From Octopus vulgaris (lineage: Eukaryota): a stretch of 64,000 nt of DNA. The stretch lies in contig OX597814.1 of assembly GCA_951406725.2 (NCBI GenBank), positions 29,760,001 to 29,824,000 of the forward strand, read 5' to 3'. Positions within the stretch are counted from its first letter, which is position 1, and each line of letters begins with the position of its first letter. The notes under the pieces are model-generated. The model was not told the origin of the DNA. It was given only the letters and a program-made list of their open reading frames with translations, and searched no databases. Positions 18,531 through 30,745 of this stretch are shown piece after piece. Position numbers and translations under genes: made by a program.

Positions 18531-21502
18531 CAACTTCCGTGTTGGCTCCGATACGTGGAGTTAATCGGTCGCTTGGTTTAAGATTACAACCTATTGCGTG
18601 CATTTAGTCCATTTTCGGAACAGGTCTAAGAAGAATACAATGTCTTGATCTAATGTTCCTTATTGCAACAATCCAACAGCCCTTTTTATCTTCCAACTTT
18701 CAATCTCGGAAGCCTTATAAAAAATTATAAAAAAAGTCAAGCCACTACTCTTTCTCTGACTAATGAATTAAACATAAAGAAAAGAAACAAAAGAAAAATG
18801 GGGGACATACGTTCAAAACTTGTCGCCGCAACATGTGTAAAGTTAAAAAGTAAATGTTCCGTATTTCTTATCAGCTGGGGCTTTACTGACGAATAAACTT
18901 CGTCTTCAACAGGGTGCTTTCACCAAAACCAAGCTAACGAAAGTTACATAGTGCCCAGTGATTACGATGAACTGTACTGTATCAATGTGCCCATTGACTG
19001 CCCAAACCTGGGCACAGCACGTGTGCCTTCGGCAGCGATATAGAAGAGTACTGGTGAAAGTGTACAAGGTGTGTCGACTCTGCCGCTAGCAGCTTATCGA
19101 CTGGATAGATTTCGATTATTGCAACACACGCGTCAGTAACATAGCATTATCACGTGTTTTCTCGTTCGATATGTTATTTAAAATATTGATTTCTTAAACG
19201 ATGAAGATGATAATATAAATAATTTTTTTTTAAAAAAAGGAAAAGGCTATTCATTCATCATTATGACTTTAATAACTGAATGTCATACATAGATCCTGCC
19301 TTCCCCTGCATAAAAAAAAAAAAAACTTCATAAAACAATCATTGTTTTTGCAAGATATAAGTTGGCCTAAAGGAAGCAGGAAAAACTGCAAACAATTGAT
19401 TCTTTTGTTCAATCTATATTAAGCGCAAGTTCTGAGAGACAAAAATGTTCCAACAGTGTTTGCTGACAGTCGTTTCTCCTTTCCTTTCTCTGTAACGTTA
19501 GATATCGAACACACAGATATATTCAGCCAGTTTGCTGCTGCTATTCACTGCAGTGATGAGACTATCTTTTCGTTCGATAACTAATGTCAGTGAGCGGAAG
19601 GGGAAAATTGCTGCCTGTTTTGTCTATCGTGACCACCCCTTAAATTTTGGCAGCTCCATATATATAAAATATTCATTTCCCTAAAAAAAAAAAAACTCTC
19701 TAAGTTAAAAAAAAACTGAAATGAAATTAAATGCTGATCAATTTAAACGGGAAAGCAACTTAATTCCTATGTCCATTTATCTAAATTTGGAATTCCTTAA
19801 CAGCTGTGGGGTTTGAGGAGCTATCACACATTCTAATAGAACCCTTTTTTTATAGTCTAGAACGAGGGACTATCAAAGTAGACACCGAACATTTATTGTT
19901 TTCTTTTATACATAAACTGTAATACTCACCTAGGCAACACTGTCACTGTTAAACCACTTCCCTATTCATGACCTATTGAAATACTTCTAAAATTTAATCT
20001 CAACGCACAAACTGCGATTTTCGTTCAGAAGGTAGTAAATATTTTTGTTATGCTCATGTCAAACAACTATATACGTCAGCTACATATAATGTAAACAAGC
20101 AAATTGCTATAAATTACAAAATATAGCAAATATTTGAAACAACAAAAACTTTATAAAAAGGGGGAAGCATAGTTGTAGCTTCGTAAAAACGTAGTTACAG
20201 GGTTCGATTCTACTGCGTGCAATAGAAATATTTTCTCTAGAATTTTCGTAGTCAAACCTGTTGTGCGCTTATTTTTACGCCCCGTTGCATCAACCGGATT
20301 ATCATAGCCATTCCACAAAGTATCAAACTGAAATAATTACTGGGGGTAGTTATTAAAACTCTTGAAAGCCGTATTCAAGCATGGTCTTCGTATCAGTCTT
20401 TTAAATCGATCTCTGTACTTGAACAATACTTTTTCTTTTATCCCATCTTGGAATGTAGACTCAAACGAGCTCAGTATTGGTGTCTTATTGGTCCGTTACG
20501 AGTTTTGTTTTACAACTTCTCTTCACAGGAGCGTAGCCTGGGTTTTCTCGGGACCCTGTACTGTAGCCAAATTGGCTTAGGAATAGTCCTCTATCCCACT
20601 TCCTCCAGTGCGACCTGCACATCTCACTGCTATTTCCTTTTCGCTGATTCCCGAAGAAAATATATATAAAATTGGTTCGACCACTCATTCATTCCAAGCT
20701 GACGAAAAGGCCGTGTTCTAACCACAGGACCAGAATTTACAGCAAGATGAACTACATGCCTGTATATTTATAACCCATGTAGTGGTATACGATTCAAGTG
20801 AAACTTATAGGTGCTCATGCTACAAAATTTTAAGAGCAGATTTTCAGAATAGGACTCCATATTCTTGTGATCCTTTTCTTTAAAAAGACAATCTTTCGGT
20901 ATTCATACATGACGTTATGTGTGTTCAATGTACGACACACCTAAATTCACATTTGTTTTTACGATTCGTATATCTATTTGTTTTATGTATATTTTGACCA
21001 TTTTTTCCCATGCGTTTCTTGAAAGTTTCACACACACCTTACCTCCTGTCTTTGCAAGTCAGCGGTATATGTGTATGTATGTTTTTGTTTGCGTATGTGA
21101 TGTATTCAGGTATATGTGCATATGACTTCGTTCAAAGATAATGTCGGCAACGTCTGGGGGAAAAAAAATCCCGTAAATTGAAGACATGATGCCATGTGCG
21201 AACGCAGAAATATTGCTCTTAAACAAATAAAAGCAGTAGAAAAACTTCTTTACCACTTTCGTTTCTGCAACAGGCAGAGCCGTCAGAACATAAGCCTCCA
21301 GGCGGAGCACTAGACTCCCTAGACTTGTAAGGTCCCGAACAACTGCCTTTTGCGCACCACGCCTTAAAGTACTAACAGTCGGACCATACAACTGATCGAG
21401 TAAGTGGTTCATGGATAAAAGTGGCAGTACATTGGTAAAAGCGTTTGTCATAGGATTTCCATAAACTAGCTCAAGATTAAATTTATACAAAAGAAATGAT
21501 AC

Positions 21503-21899
21503 GGATCATTTCGGTTTGAACGGCAGTTTTTAACATAATTTCTAGGTAACTAAAAAATTTTAAACTTTGTATACTGGTAGAATATGTTTATAAAACATAT
21601 TTTCCTCTTTGCTTTGAGAAAATTCTATAGTTTGTAAGATATTTGTTGCTTTTTTTTCTTCAATTTCAACCAATCAAATACGTCTATTGAGGTAAAAAAA
21701 AAAACATTCTGTGCCGTATGAATATGTCCCTCGTTTAAGAAACAGATTGGGTTTATTTACATTTGTGAAGAAAAAAGATACCCTTCCCCCCACCCCTAAA
21801 ACAGATTGAAATGCAATAGATCGATAGTAGGGTCATAATTATGGGTGACAATTTCATATGACACCGCTAGAAAAACTGCCGTTCAAACCGAAAAGATCC
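21503..21899. mobile_element. MITE, 397 bp, ~28-bp TIRs, 8-bp TSD (Merlin-like termini)
   Basis: TIRs ggatcatttcggtttgaacggcagttttt / aaaaactgccgttcaaaccgaaaagatcc (1 mismatch). TSD aatgatac at 21495-21502 and 21900-21907. Confidence 0.92.
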
Positions 21900-22289
21900 A
21901 ATGATACAACTGTTACAATAGTGCATATTCAATATTACAGCATTATATAAAAACTCGCTTTTGAACAAAATTTAGCGATATATTTTTGCAGAGAATGAAT
22001 GAAAGTAATACAACTTTTCAGTTTTGTCGCCCTCTTGATAAGTTTAAGCCTGCTCATTAAAGGCGGTGCGGATAAAATTCAGTAATTGCCCTCGTGTGTG
22101 TAAATGTCAGTTTGAGAGCCACTGGTTTAAAAGTACTGGAGCTCAATTCATTATTTGTTTCAACATTCCGGAACTTAGTTTTAAAATATAAATACTAGGA
22201 GGAAAATAAAGACTAACGCAATCCTTATTAAACTTGCTACAATTAATATTTGTAAATTGACGGCCCTTGAGTTTAGTGCAAACTCGACT

Positions 22290-22560
22290 GTGGTTCAAAC
22301 CAGTCTACTTTCCAATCATATGGTCTTTGGTTCGCTTTCACTGCACAGCATCTTGGGCAAATGATTTCTGCTCTAGCGCAGGCAACGAAAGTTTTCAGTG
22401 GATTTCATAGATGAAAACTAAAAGAAACTCATCTTGTCTATGTCCTCACCAATGTTTGACAACTGGTATTTATTTTTCTGGTGAGTCACTCATAACTTAG
22501 CGATGTGGCAAATAAAACCGATGAAATAAATACTTGAGTCGATTTGTTCGACTAACCCCT
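22290..22560 (+). mobile_element. old, degraded SINE family D copy
   Basis: atcttgggcaaatg...gtggatttcatagatgaaaactaaaagaa...aacttagcgatgtggcaaa aligns loosely with 56482-56880. Confidence 0.6.
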
Positions 22561-24919
22561 TCTAAAAAGTTTTCTTTCTCGTTTTTCTTGGTGGGCGGGT
22601 AGACTCTTGGCGTACCTACATAAACAGTCAACTCGTGAATTTTCCGAAACTTCTCACCCCAATCTCGGGAAAAAAACATTTTCACTACAAATTCCGATAT
22701 TATCGTAATCTGAAGTTTATTTGTAGAAAAAAAAAATCCATTTTCCTGGAAGTTATGAGATAAAGTCGGGGAGGAGGGCACAGTTGTGTGTGAACTTGAT
22801 AGTAAGTCATCACTGCAATAACGTAGCTGGGAGAAGCAGGATATTAAGGTTTTTCACTACGTTTTGTCAAGCAGTTAACAGAATTTGGATGGTGACCGGT
22901 TAAGATGCATTTTATTTTCATTTTCTGAAGACGGAACTTAGTTATTTTAACTTGCAATGAAAAGGTTTTTGATAGTGGTGAACCTTAAATTATTTTTTAA
23001 AGTTTTGAATATTTTGTGAACTCGCATAGCCAACTGAAAAGCCATCAGTAACGACTAAAAAACTTTCGAAGTGAAATTTTTCTGTGAAATAAAGTTAATG
23101 CAATGCAGACCTTAGATTTGTCCTTGTGCTGCCATGTCATTACCTGACATAATTGGTGTTGAGTGGCGGACCTATCGACAATTCCCAAGCCACGACACTA
23201 AACATTTCGTAGATTCAACGTTCCAACATAACGTATAGAATGAACACAGTCTCATTAGCATGCATGGTACGTCAATATTTGAAATATATTTACAGAACTA
23301 CCTGGTGTCAATTATATTCGTAAAATTCAAATGCATAAAATACCGCAATCCGTTTAATACTTGTTTACTAAGAATATCAAATACACAATACAATTTTAAA
23401 AAATTACAAATCCTGTATTTTTCGGGGTTTTTTTTTTTCATAGCCGATTAACGACCGTTTATCTTATTGGTGAGCAGTTGTTCAGATTGCAAGAATGTTC
23501 CACTGCACACCCGATCTCGTTTGTATTATATAAAAAAAAGCCGAAATCCATAACTCGAGGCATAAAACTGACCAATGGCGTTAATGTTTTAAGTTATTTC
23601 GTTTTATGATCAGAAAATGCATACTTAGCAATGCCCAAGGAGAAGTTTCAAATGAGCACTACTTTTCTTTCAAACATTTCTTAGGCTTCCTGTTTTCAAA
23701 GGCAGAGATTACGACTAAACATTAATGCCAATTGTTTACGATAATTTTTCTTTGTGATAAACGGAAAGAACATCGTTTTCAAATTTTGGTTGAACTCCAC
23801 GTTACAAAACCATTCCACTTTGATTTGTAGTCATTGCCTATTATTAACGATTACTTGTTTGTCCGATTCATTCAACTTCGGATTTCTGAACATAAATGGC
23901 GGCGATCAGGGTCACCTATTTTCCGCCATCGGAAGATCGCTATATTTTGGCGATTAACTATAAATTCTAAGTGATCTGATACTGCCATTTTTCTCAGAGC
24001 TCACTCACAAAGTCATCAATGTGCATGGAAGTTAATACACGTGCAAAAAATGTTAACATGCAACTTATGACTTGAATGTTAAAGTAAATTGATTGGAAGT
24101 GACATCTCATTTCGGAAAACAATCATGGAGCGAACTGGTGAAATCCCCTTTTTTTTTTTAATCAGAACTCCGTTTGTGTCGCATCCACGGGCACCTATTT
24201 GTACATTAACCTTCCAGTGATATGTCAAGTATTTCAGAAAAAGCAGCTGAGGTGCACCGTTCCAATGTACTATACTGAACAATGAACACCGAGAAGGCTA
24301 TTTGATGGCTTGCATGTCAATACATGCTAATAGAACATATTTACACGTGAGCAAAGCAATCCAGCATTACTAGAAAGAACCGATGAGAAGCGGCGGTGTT
24401 TAGTTTCATGTTATAAACATAGCACTGTCACTTTCGATCACATTACTCTCTTATAAGCCCAGGTTAATAAAAAAAAATTAATCACATATTTGGCAAACCA
24501 ACTATCCAAAATGTGTGCATATATTTTCTCCGCGGAGGTGAATACATCTTAAATGAATGCCAAAATATTTTTTAAAGTTCGGGAGTGTGTGGGGTAAGTG
24601 AGAAATTTTTGTCGGCCACCAAACAAAGTAACTGCGTAATGAAGTGGAGAAAAAGTCGAGGTCCCTATTCTCAGCTGTCACAGACATTGCGGATCTAGAA
24701 TTTCAATGGCACATTCAAAAGATTTGTCAGCTTGTGAAAAAATTTCTAGTCTATGTGGTCGACTGAAAACGTTTAAAAAAAAGTCGTGCAGTGGAGTAAG
24801 CTAAAATCCCGTGAAGAATTAAAAATTGGATTGGCCGTAAGAAAGATAACTTAGAATTATTTTGTTTTTGGTTTGCAAGATTCTTTATACGAGTTCGTGT
24901 ATTGAAGCATATTCTGTTG

Positions 24920-25103
24920 TGTCTGGGTAGAGTAATTTTCTTTGTGCCTTTATAATATAACACATTCACCGGTAAAATTTCCACTTTTTTCTTATTTTCC
25001 TAAAATTTTCGTTGCGTCTTGCAACCTTCAGGAAAATATAAAAGTGGAAATTTTACCGGTGAGTGTGTTTTAAGGCACAAAAAGAAAAGGATTCCCCCAG
25101 ACA
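24920..25103. repeat. imperfect inverted repeat (possible Penelope-like inverted terminal-repeat junction)
   Basis: Core arms 24959-24988 and 25040-25069 are 29/30 complementary and extend to about 80-bp arms. The loop carries a gttgc-gtctt-gcaac hairpin. Confidence 0.8.
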
Positions 25104-25261
25104 ACTTAAAATTTAATTACTCCAGAAAGTGTCACACAAAAAACAAAAAAAAATGTAAACAAGCCTTAATTATTTTGAAATCCCTGGGAACTGGGACCCC
25201 ACCAAGATGTAGCTTGGTTTTTGTGCTGGGGTTAAACTATAATTTAAAGGCCATGGTTTGA

Positions 25262-25575
25262 CGATGTGAATTTTCAGAGTCCCCTCCCTCCCTCCTTTCG
25301 CGAGCGCGCATTTTCTTTTTGTCATATTCGTATAGAGCAAGTAATAGTTTTACACCTATTACACTATTTTTCTTTTGTTTCTTTGCTCTGGTTTCTTTGG
25401 CTCGGAATATTCACGATGTGAATTTTCCGAGTTCTCTGCCACTCCCCTTTCGCGAGCGCGAGTTTTTTTTTCATATTCTTTTAGAGCAAGTTGTTTTACA
25501 CCTATTACACTATTTTTCGTTTTTTTTTTTTTTTTTGCTCGGGTCAAACGCGTTTGACCCCCTTCGTTATATTAG
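25262..25575 (+). mobile_element. Helitron-like 3' end with ~150-bp internal tandem duplication
   Basis: Two diverged units start gatgtgaatttt and contain tttcgcgagcgcg and ttttacacctattacactattttt. A perfect 20-bp palindrome gggtcaaacgcgtttgaccc (25541-25560) is followed by TTAG|T at 25572-25576. Confidence 0.55.
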
Positions 25576-25702
25576 TTCAAGTGTGCCGCAAGTGAAAAGG
25601 TTGCGGAGTACTGTGATATACTAACTAGTAGAAACAGCAAACACAAGTGTAACATAACATTCTATCAAAACGGATTGATTATACCAATCATCCAATACAG
25701 AG

Positions 25703-25708
25703 TTTATT
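25703..25708 (-). terminator. candidate polyadenylation signal of the TEX14-like gene
   Basis: AATAAA on the minus strand about 670 nt after the stop, followed by GT-rich sequence. An alternative AATAAA lies at 26195-26200. Confidence 0.35.
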
Positions 25709-26380
25709 GATCCACACACAATTTTGCCCAGACATATTTACACAGAAAAAAAAAAAAATGAAAGACGTAGAGGAAATATCTTCGCTGTATCGAAGTGGTG
25801 TCGGAATAGTTCCTTAATTTACAATTAATTTACCTTTCATTTCATTACTATTTAGTTCCAATCGCAAATTAAAATTGGTGATAAAAATTCAACTTCATAA
25901 ACTTATAAAAAAAAAAAGAAAGATTTTTTCAAAGATAATAAAAACATGGCAGTATTTTTGTACAATAATATATAACATTCTACAAAAGAAAAAATTATAC
26001 AAGATCTATTAAAATATTAAAATTCAATAGACCCTATATACGGTCGTTATCAATGACAAAGGAATTTCAAGAATTGCTTATCTTGATTCAACTATAAGAA
26101 ATTTCTTCAGTAACTATTGCATGTTACAATTTAAGTTAAAACATGAATTTATATCAAATATAAACATTTGTATCAAAATATTTCATAGATTAAATTTATT
26201 TCTAAAACAGATTGTACTTAAGAGCTTTGTGCTTGAATATTAAGCTTTTACAACGACGTTAAATTGAGAAAATGAACATACGAGTGCAGTATAGTAATAA
26301 AAAAATGTGATTGAAAAAAAAACCAATGGGTTGGAAAATAAATTTACAAATTTTACAGGATTCACCACTAATACATTTGC

Positions 26381-27829
26381 TTAGATTTTCATTGTGTTTT
26401 CCCACCTATTAATTTTGAAGTGAATATCTTTATCTATCGCATATTTAAAGTCCAATTCCAAATTAATTCCTTGCGATTTAATTAAATGTTCACGAGGGTG
26501 GTTCTCCCATTTAGTCACTTGTGATTTTACAAAATCTTTGGATGCACAAGTCTTTCGGTTAGTTTCCGTTTTCTGTATTTTACCGGTTCCTGGCCTTTGT
26601 TCAGAAATGATTTCGTCAAATGAATGAGAATATTTAAAGTTCAAATTCCGATTATAATCTTTATTTAGTCTCGGGTAGTGCGTTTTGGACGCAGAACTAT
26701 ATAATGGGAAACTCTTGCGTCTGATTGATGAAGCAGTCGACGTTTTGCTTACAAAGAAACCCCTCTCAGCATCAAAATGTTCCGTTGATGCAGTCACAAA
26801 GTTACAGTCTGTTGCAGGATATTCCGAAAACGAGTTTTCTGGAGAAGAATTCTTAAAAGACAATTTTTGAGACACACAACTTTGCCGGCGCAAATATACA
26901 AGGCTATTCATTCTTTTTGTTTGATCTCCGATATCTGAATGACTAATTTTGGCATTCAGGATTCCTGGTAAAGTATTTTTAGGCGTCTGTAATTCTTCTA
27001 AACTAGTCAAGTTTTGTGATTGAGTTTTCTGGTTGGTTCTGTTGCTAATATATACATTATCACTCGGGCTTTCCATGATTAAAGTCGCTCTACTTACTTG
27101 AAGTTTTTCTGGAGAATTCATAGTGGCGGAATGATTACACGAGCTAAGGGTTCTTCGACGTAAGTTCTTCGAATTAAAATACCTGGAGTTAGCATTTGGA
27201 GTAGAACGATTTTCAAAATACTTGATTAGAAATTTTACTGAATCTGTTTGAATACGATTAAAACCAGTTTTGTTACTATTGTTAGATGCATTACCATCGC
27301 ATGACTGCCTATTCTTCAAAACTGCAAAATTCTTAGTAGGAATGCTTTTCGAAGGAGTCTTTAATTTTAATTGCTGCTGGTTTAATTCGATTTGGTTTGA
27401 GTATCTCGATTCCGAAACATTAGGATAGTTCAAATTAGCTTCAAATGTACAATTCGCTCTCGATTTCATAACCGTTTCTAATTGATGAATATTGAATTTT
27501 CTTTTATGCTTTTTAGTTGCCAGACCGTTGCTAAAGCATTCCTTAATTTCAGTTGGGACAGAAAAGTCATCTTGAGGGAAACTATTGCCGTTGATGTAAT
27601 GTTTCTTCACAAAAAGCTGTGAACGTTTATCCCATGGAAGACAATTACTAAAATATTCTAAACACACACAACAAAAACTAAAAATATCAGATTTTAAACT
27701 TGACTGCTTTCTCAGTAGAGTCTCTGGTGACATCCACCTCCACGAATCGCCAGTGGTCCAATTTACTTCAGTTTCCTTAACGTGCATGTACTCAAATTTA
27801 CTTAGCTTCACACTGTAAGTATCCATAAT
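26381..27829 (-). CDS. TEX14: TEX14-like inactive protein kinase, terminal exon 4 (kinase C-lobe + long Ser/Lys/Asn-rich tail)
   Basis: Acceptor tttgttcatag, phase 0. IMDTYSVKLSKFEYM...WRWMSPE...KSDIFSF...YFSNCLPW parallels TEX14 (EARLTNLEYM...YNWAAPE...KSDIYSF...DDIPW, from memory). Stop TAA at 26381. The symbol denotes family resemblance, not proven orthology. Confidence 0.85.
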   Translation of the reverse strand: MMDTYSVKLSKFEYMHVKETEVNWTTGDSWRWMSPETLLRKQSSLKSDIFSFCCVCLEYFSNCLPWDKRSQLFVKKHYINGNSFPQDDFSVPTEIKECFSNGLATKKHKRKFNIHQLETVMKSRANCTFEANLNYPNVSESRYSNQIELNQQQLKLKTPSKSIPTKNFAVLKNRQSCDGNASNNSNKTGFNRIQTDSVKFLIKYFENRSTPNANSRYFNSKNLRRRTLSSCNHSATMNSPEKLQVSRATLIMESPSDNVYISNRTNQKTQSQNLTSLEELQTPKNTLPGILNAKISHSDIGDQTKRMNSLVYLRRQSCVSQKLSFKNSSPENSFSEYPATDCNFVTASTEHFDAERGFFVSKTSTASSIRRKSFPLYSSASKTHYPRLNKDYNRNLNFKYSHSFDEIISEQRPGTGKIQKTETNRKTCASKDFVKSQVTKWENHPREHLIKSQGINLELDFKYAIDKDIHFKINRWENTMKI

Positions 27830-28474
27830 CTATGAACAAAAATTATAAAACAAAATAATTCAGGATTTAGTTTGTTTACATTGAGTAAAAAGAAATTTTG
27901 TATACTAGGAAGACGGGTAAGCCACGTAAATGACGAGTGGTTATTACTTGTATACATTTTCAAATCATGACTGGTTCAAAATTTTCAATTACAAATCCTT
28001 TAATAAACGTGATGTATTGAGGCAACTTTAGCTGCTGCACATACAGGAAAATATGAACCAACTAGTGATCCTCAGCGCAAGTCGATCAGCAGAAAAAAAA
28101 AATCCCGCCGGCTTAAAAACGAAGGACGATACGTTTTCTCCTAGTAAAATGAATTAAAATTAGAAAAAAAATGTGAAACCGAGAAATCTAGTAGAAGAAT
28201 TACGTTCGTGGGGACTGACAAGTTCTACAAACTGAATACAGGGTCAATCGTAAAATTTCTATGCGCAAAACACTGCATTGAAAAGGAAAACTGCAACCGA
28301 AAGTTTAATTCGGAAAATTTTTCAGCAAAAAAAATTGGAACTAGAACATTAAAAAAAATATCGGTCAACGAACTACGAGTTAGGATAGGTTGAACATTTA
28401 GTAAATAAAACTTCCCGAATAGTAAAGCTATATATATAGTACGATTATATATGAAAAACATTTGTAGTACTCAC

Positions 28475-28798
28475 CCGAATAGCATGAGATGTAATATTTC
28501 TGTGTATAAAACCATTTTGATGGAGATATTCTAGTGCATGATAAATCCGACGCAAAAATATGAAAATGTCGGTTTCTGAGAATGTAGCATCAATTTTATG
28601 GAGACAAATATACAACGAGCAATATAGAATACTTCCATTCAGAAAATACCAACTCTCAGTTTGGAGTGTATCAGCATATTTCAATTGACAGATGGACATG
28701 ATTAGGACGAATCCTTGTTGAACAAGTTGTCGTATTTCGATATTTTCTTTGGTCATTTGTTTAAATGGAACTAACGTTAGACGTCGAAGACATCGTGG
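28475..28798 (-). CDS. TEX14: TEX14-like pseudokinase exon 3 (subdomains II-VIb)
   Basis: Acceptor attttcttttag and donor CGG|gtgagt; 108 codons, phase 0/0. HALEYLHQNGFIHRNITSHAIR parallels TEX14 [21 protein letters not shown] and joins exon 4 in frame. Confidence 0.88.
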
Positions 28799-28843
28799 CT
28801 AAAAGAAAATGCAAGATACGTAGCATGAGAGTTTTGTTACCAA

Positions 28844-29238
28844 CTAGCAATATCACCCGGCGTTGCTCGGGTTTGCAAGGGAAATAACTATATAAGCATT
28901 TTTACAGAGTTATAGCCAAAAAATAGCAAAAAAATGCATTAATAATGGAAAAAAAATTATGGTAAATTTTTTTAAAATCGTTGACTCATCGTACACATTT
29001 TTAGAGAGTTACTTCCCTTATATAATAGCGAAAAAATGCATTAAAATGGGAAAAAAATGGTAAATTTTTTTTTAAATCGTAGACTCATCGTAGACGCGCG
29101 CTAATACCCAGAAGGGCTCGATATGAATCACGACTATAAGATACCCGCTTTTAGTTAAACTGCACCGCAAAATGTGGGAGTAGTTAGGAATCTAAATCGT
29201 AGGAGACAGACACACAACCTTACTTTTATACATAAAGA
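28844..29238 (-). mobile_element. non-autonomous Helitron (type I) in intron 2
   Basis: 5' TCTTTAT, 3' hairpin cccgagcaacgccggg then CTAG, inserted at A|T. Near-identical to 51604-52000. Confidence 0.9.
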
Positions 29239-30381
29239 TATCTCACGAGGGAAATGTTAGCAAGATTGTTAGTGTCAAATTGTACTGCATCTATCTAGTT
29301 GCGACGCTTTTCGTTCCGAGATCAAATCCCGCCTATATTAACTTTGCCTTTCGCGATCAATAAGCATTAATATAGTACTTAGGTAAACTTCGGTGAATAA
29401 CCTCCCAAAATTGTTATTCTTGATGTTGATAAAGAAATCAGTTAATCTGCGCCCGTTCAGAAAGAAACGTTGACAAGATTAACTGCATGTTTTACTGTAC
29501 CACATTTGAAGTACGATTGTTCCATGTTCAGATGTACCGTTATCTACTTAAGCCCAAAATTGAGAACTGAAGTGCTAGTATCATACTGACCCTGCACTAT
29601 TCATTTCCTGAACTTTAAGTAGGTTCTAACGTACTCAATATAAGCTAATTAAACTTGCACTCCTTGCGAGAAATAACTGACAAAAGAAAGCTGTAGGATA
29701 CAATCACGAAATTCCAATTAAAATTAATAAAAAATTGAGTTTGATCTTTAGCAGTTCGATAATTGGGAGTTTTGGTCTTGTTAGACCTTATCAGCGAGGC
29801 ATAGTATAAGTGTAATATCTTAGACTAGGTACTTTTTTGCGATAACACTAGATGCTTCTGATTACAAAAGTTGAGCTCTTCTCCATTAACGCTTTATATA
29901 ACCAATTTCAAAGAAAGCTTATCAGATGGGGAGTCATCATTCGCTAGTTTAGCTAACAACAGATTAGATCATTAGGTAAGGAGAACTAACCGAGATGTGA
30001 TGAATAGAAATGAAAAACTCAAGACCCAATAACGATCGGGTGAACAGGCCTCAAGTCACAATCCTTTGATGGGCCGGTATGCGAAATCTAGTTGCATCAT
30101 TTGAAGGCCATACAACTAAGCTTTGTAAGTTAAAGAGGACTCAAAGCTACTATGATAGCCTTCATGACTGACTTCCAAGTATCATAAGTCTTAAATAATA
30201 ATAAAAGAAAAAAAAAAGCCCCTACATGATTACTAAGAACTATTACAAATAGCAGCGTAACTTCATTCGAATAACGTTTTAAAAATTACCGAAGGAAGTA
30301 TTGAATAACCTAGTCCCCAATTTATTGGAAATACAAAAGAAACATTTTGATGAAATATTTGAGTTATAATCTTTCGTTTAC

Positions 30382-30547
30382 CCGCTTCATTTGATTCTCT
30401 GTGTAGTATCCAAATATTTCTGTTTCTTTAATTTCTGAAGAACATGAAGTTAAGTTTGACTTTTCAGTGGTAAGTTGTTGGTTTCCCTTTCCCGATATGT
30501 GAATGAAAATTTCCGACACTTTTCTCTGAAACTTTTCTTTATTGAAC
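30382..30547 (-). CDS. TEX14-like gene exon 2
   Basis: Acceptor gttttcttttcag and donor CGG|gtaaac. Only one frame is open (FNKEKFQRKV...YTENQMKR), phase 2/0, and it fits both neighbouring exons. Confidence 0.6.
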
Positions 30548-30745
30548 CTGAAAAGAAAACATTCCGAAAACGAATGAAAAATACTTTTTAAACTTAAAGA
30601 GGATATTCTTCTAAGGGGTGGATTTAGCTTTTTCAGCAGGTTAAAAGAAAGGGATATTATTGTTTAAAATGTGTTCTGTTCAGCTGTAATAATTAAATTC
30701 AGAATATCGATATATAAAACAAAGATAAATATAGACTACACTTAC

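Noticed and set aside
21059-21490. 143-aa ORF
   Set aside because: Non-ATG start, no recognisable domain or splice context, and it ends in low-complexity sequence.
30290-30547. Longer exon 2 using the gtaatt donor at 30289
   Set aside because: All three frames contain stops over this length. The donor at 30381 keeps the frame open.
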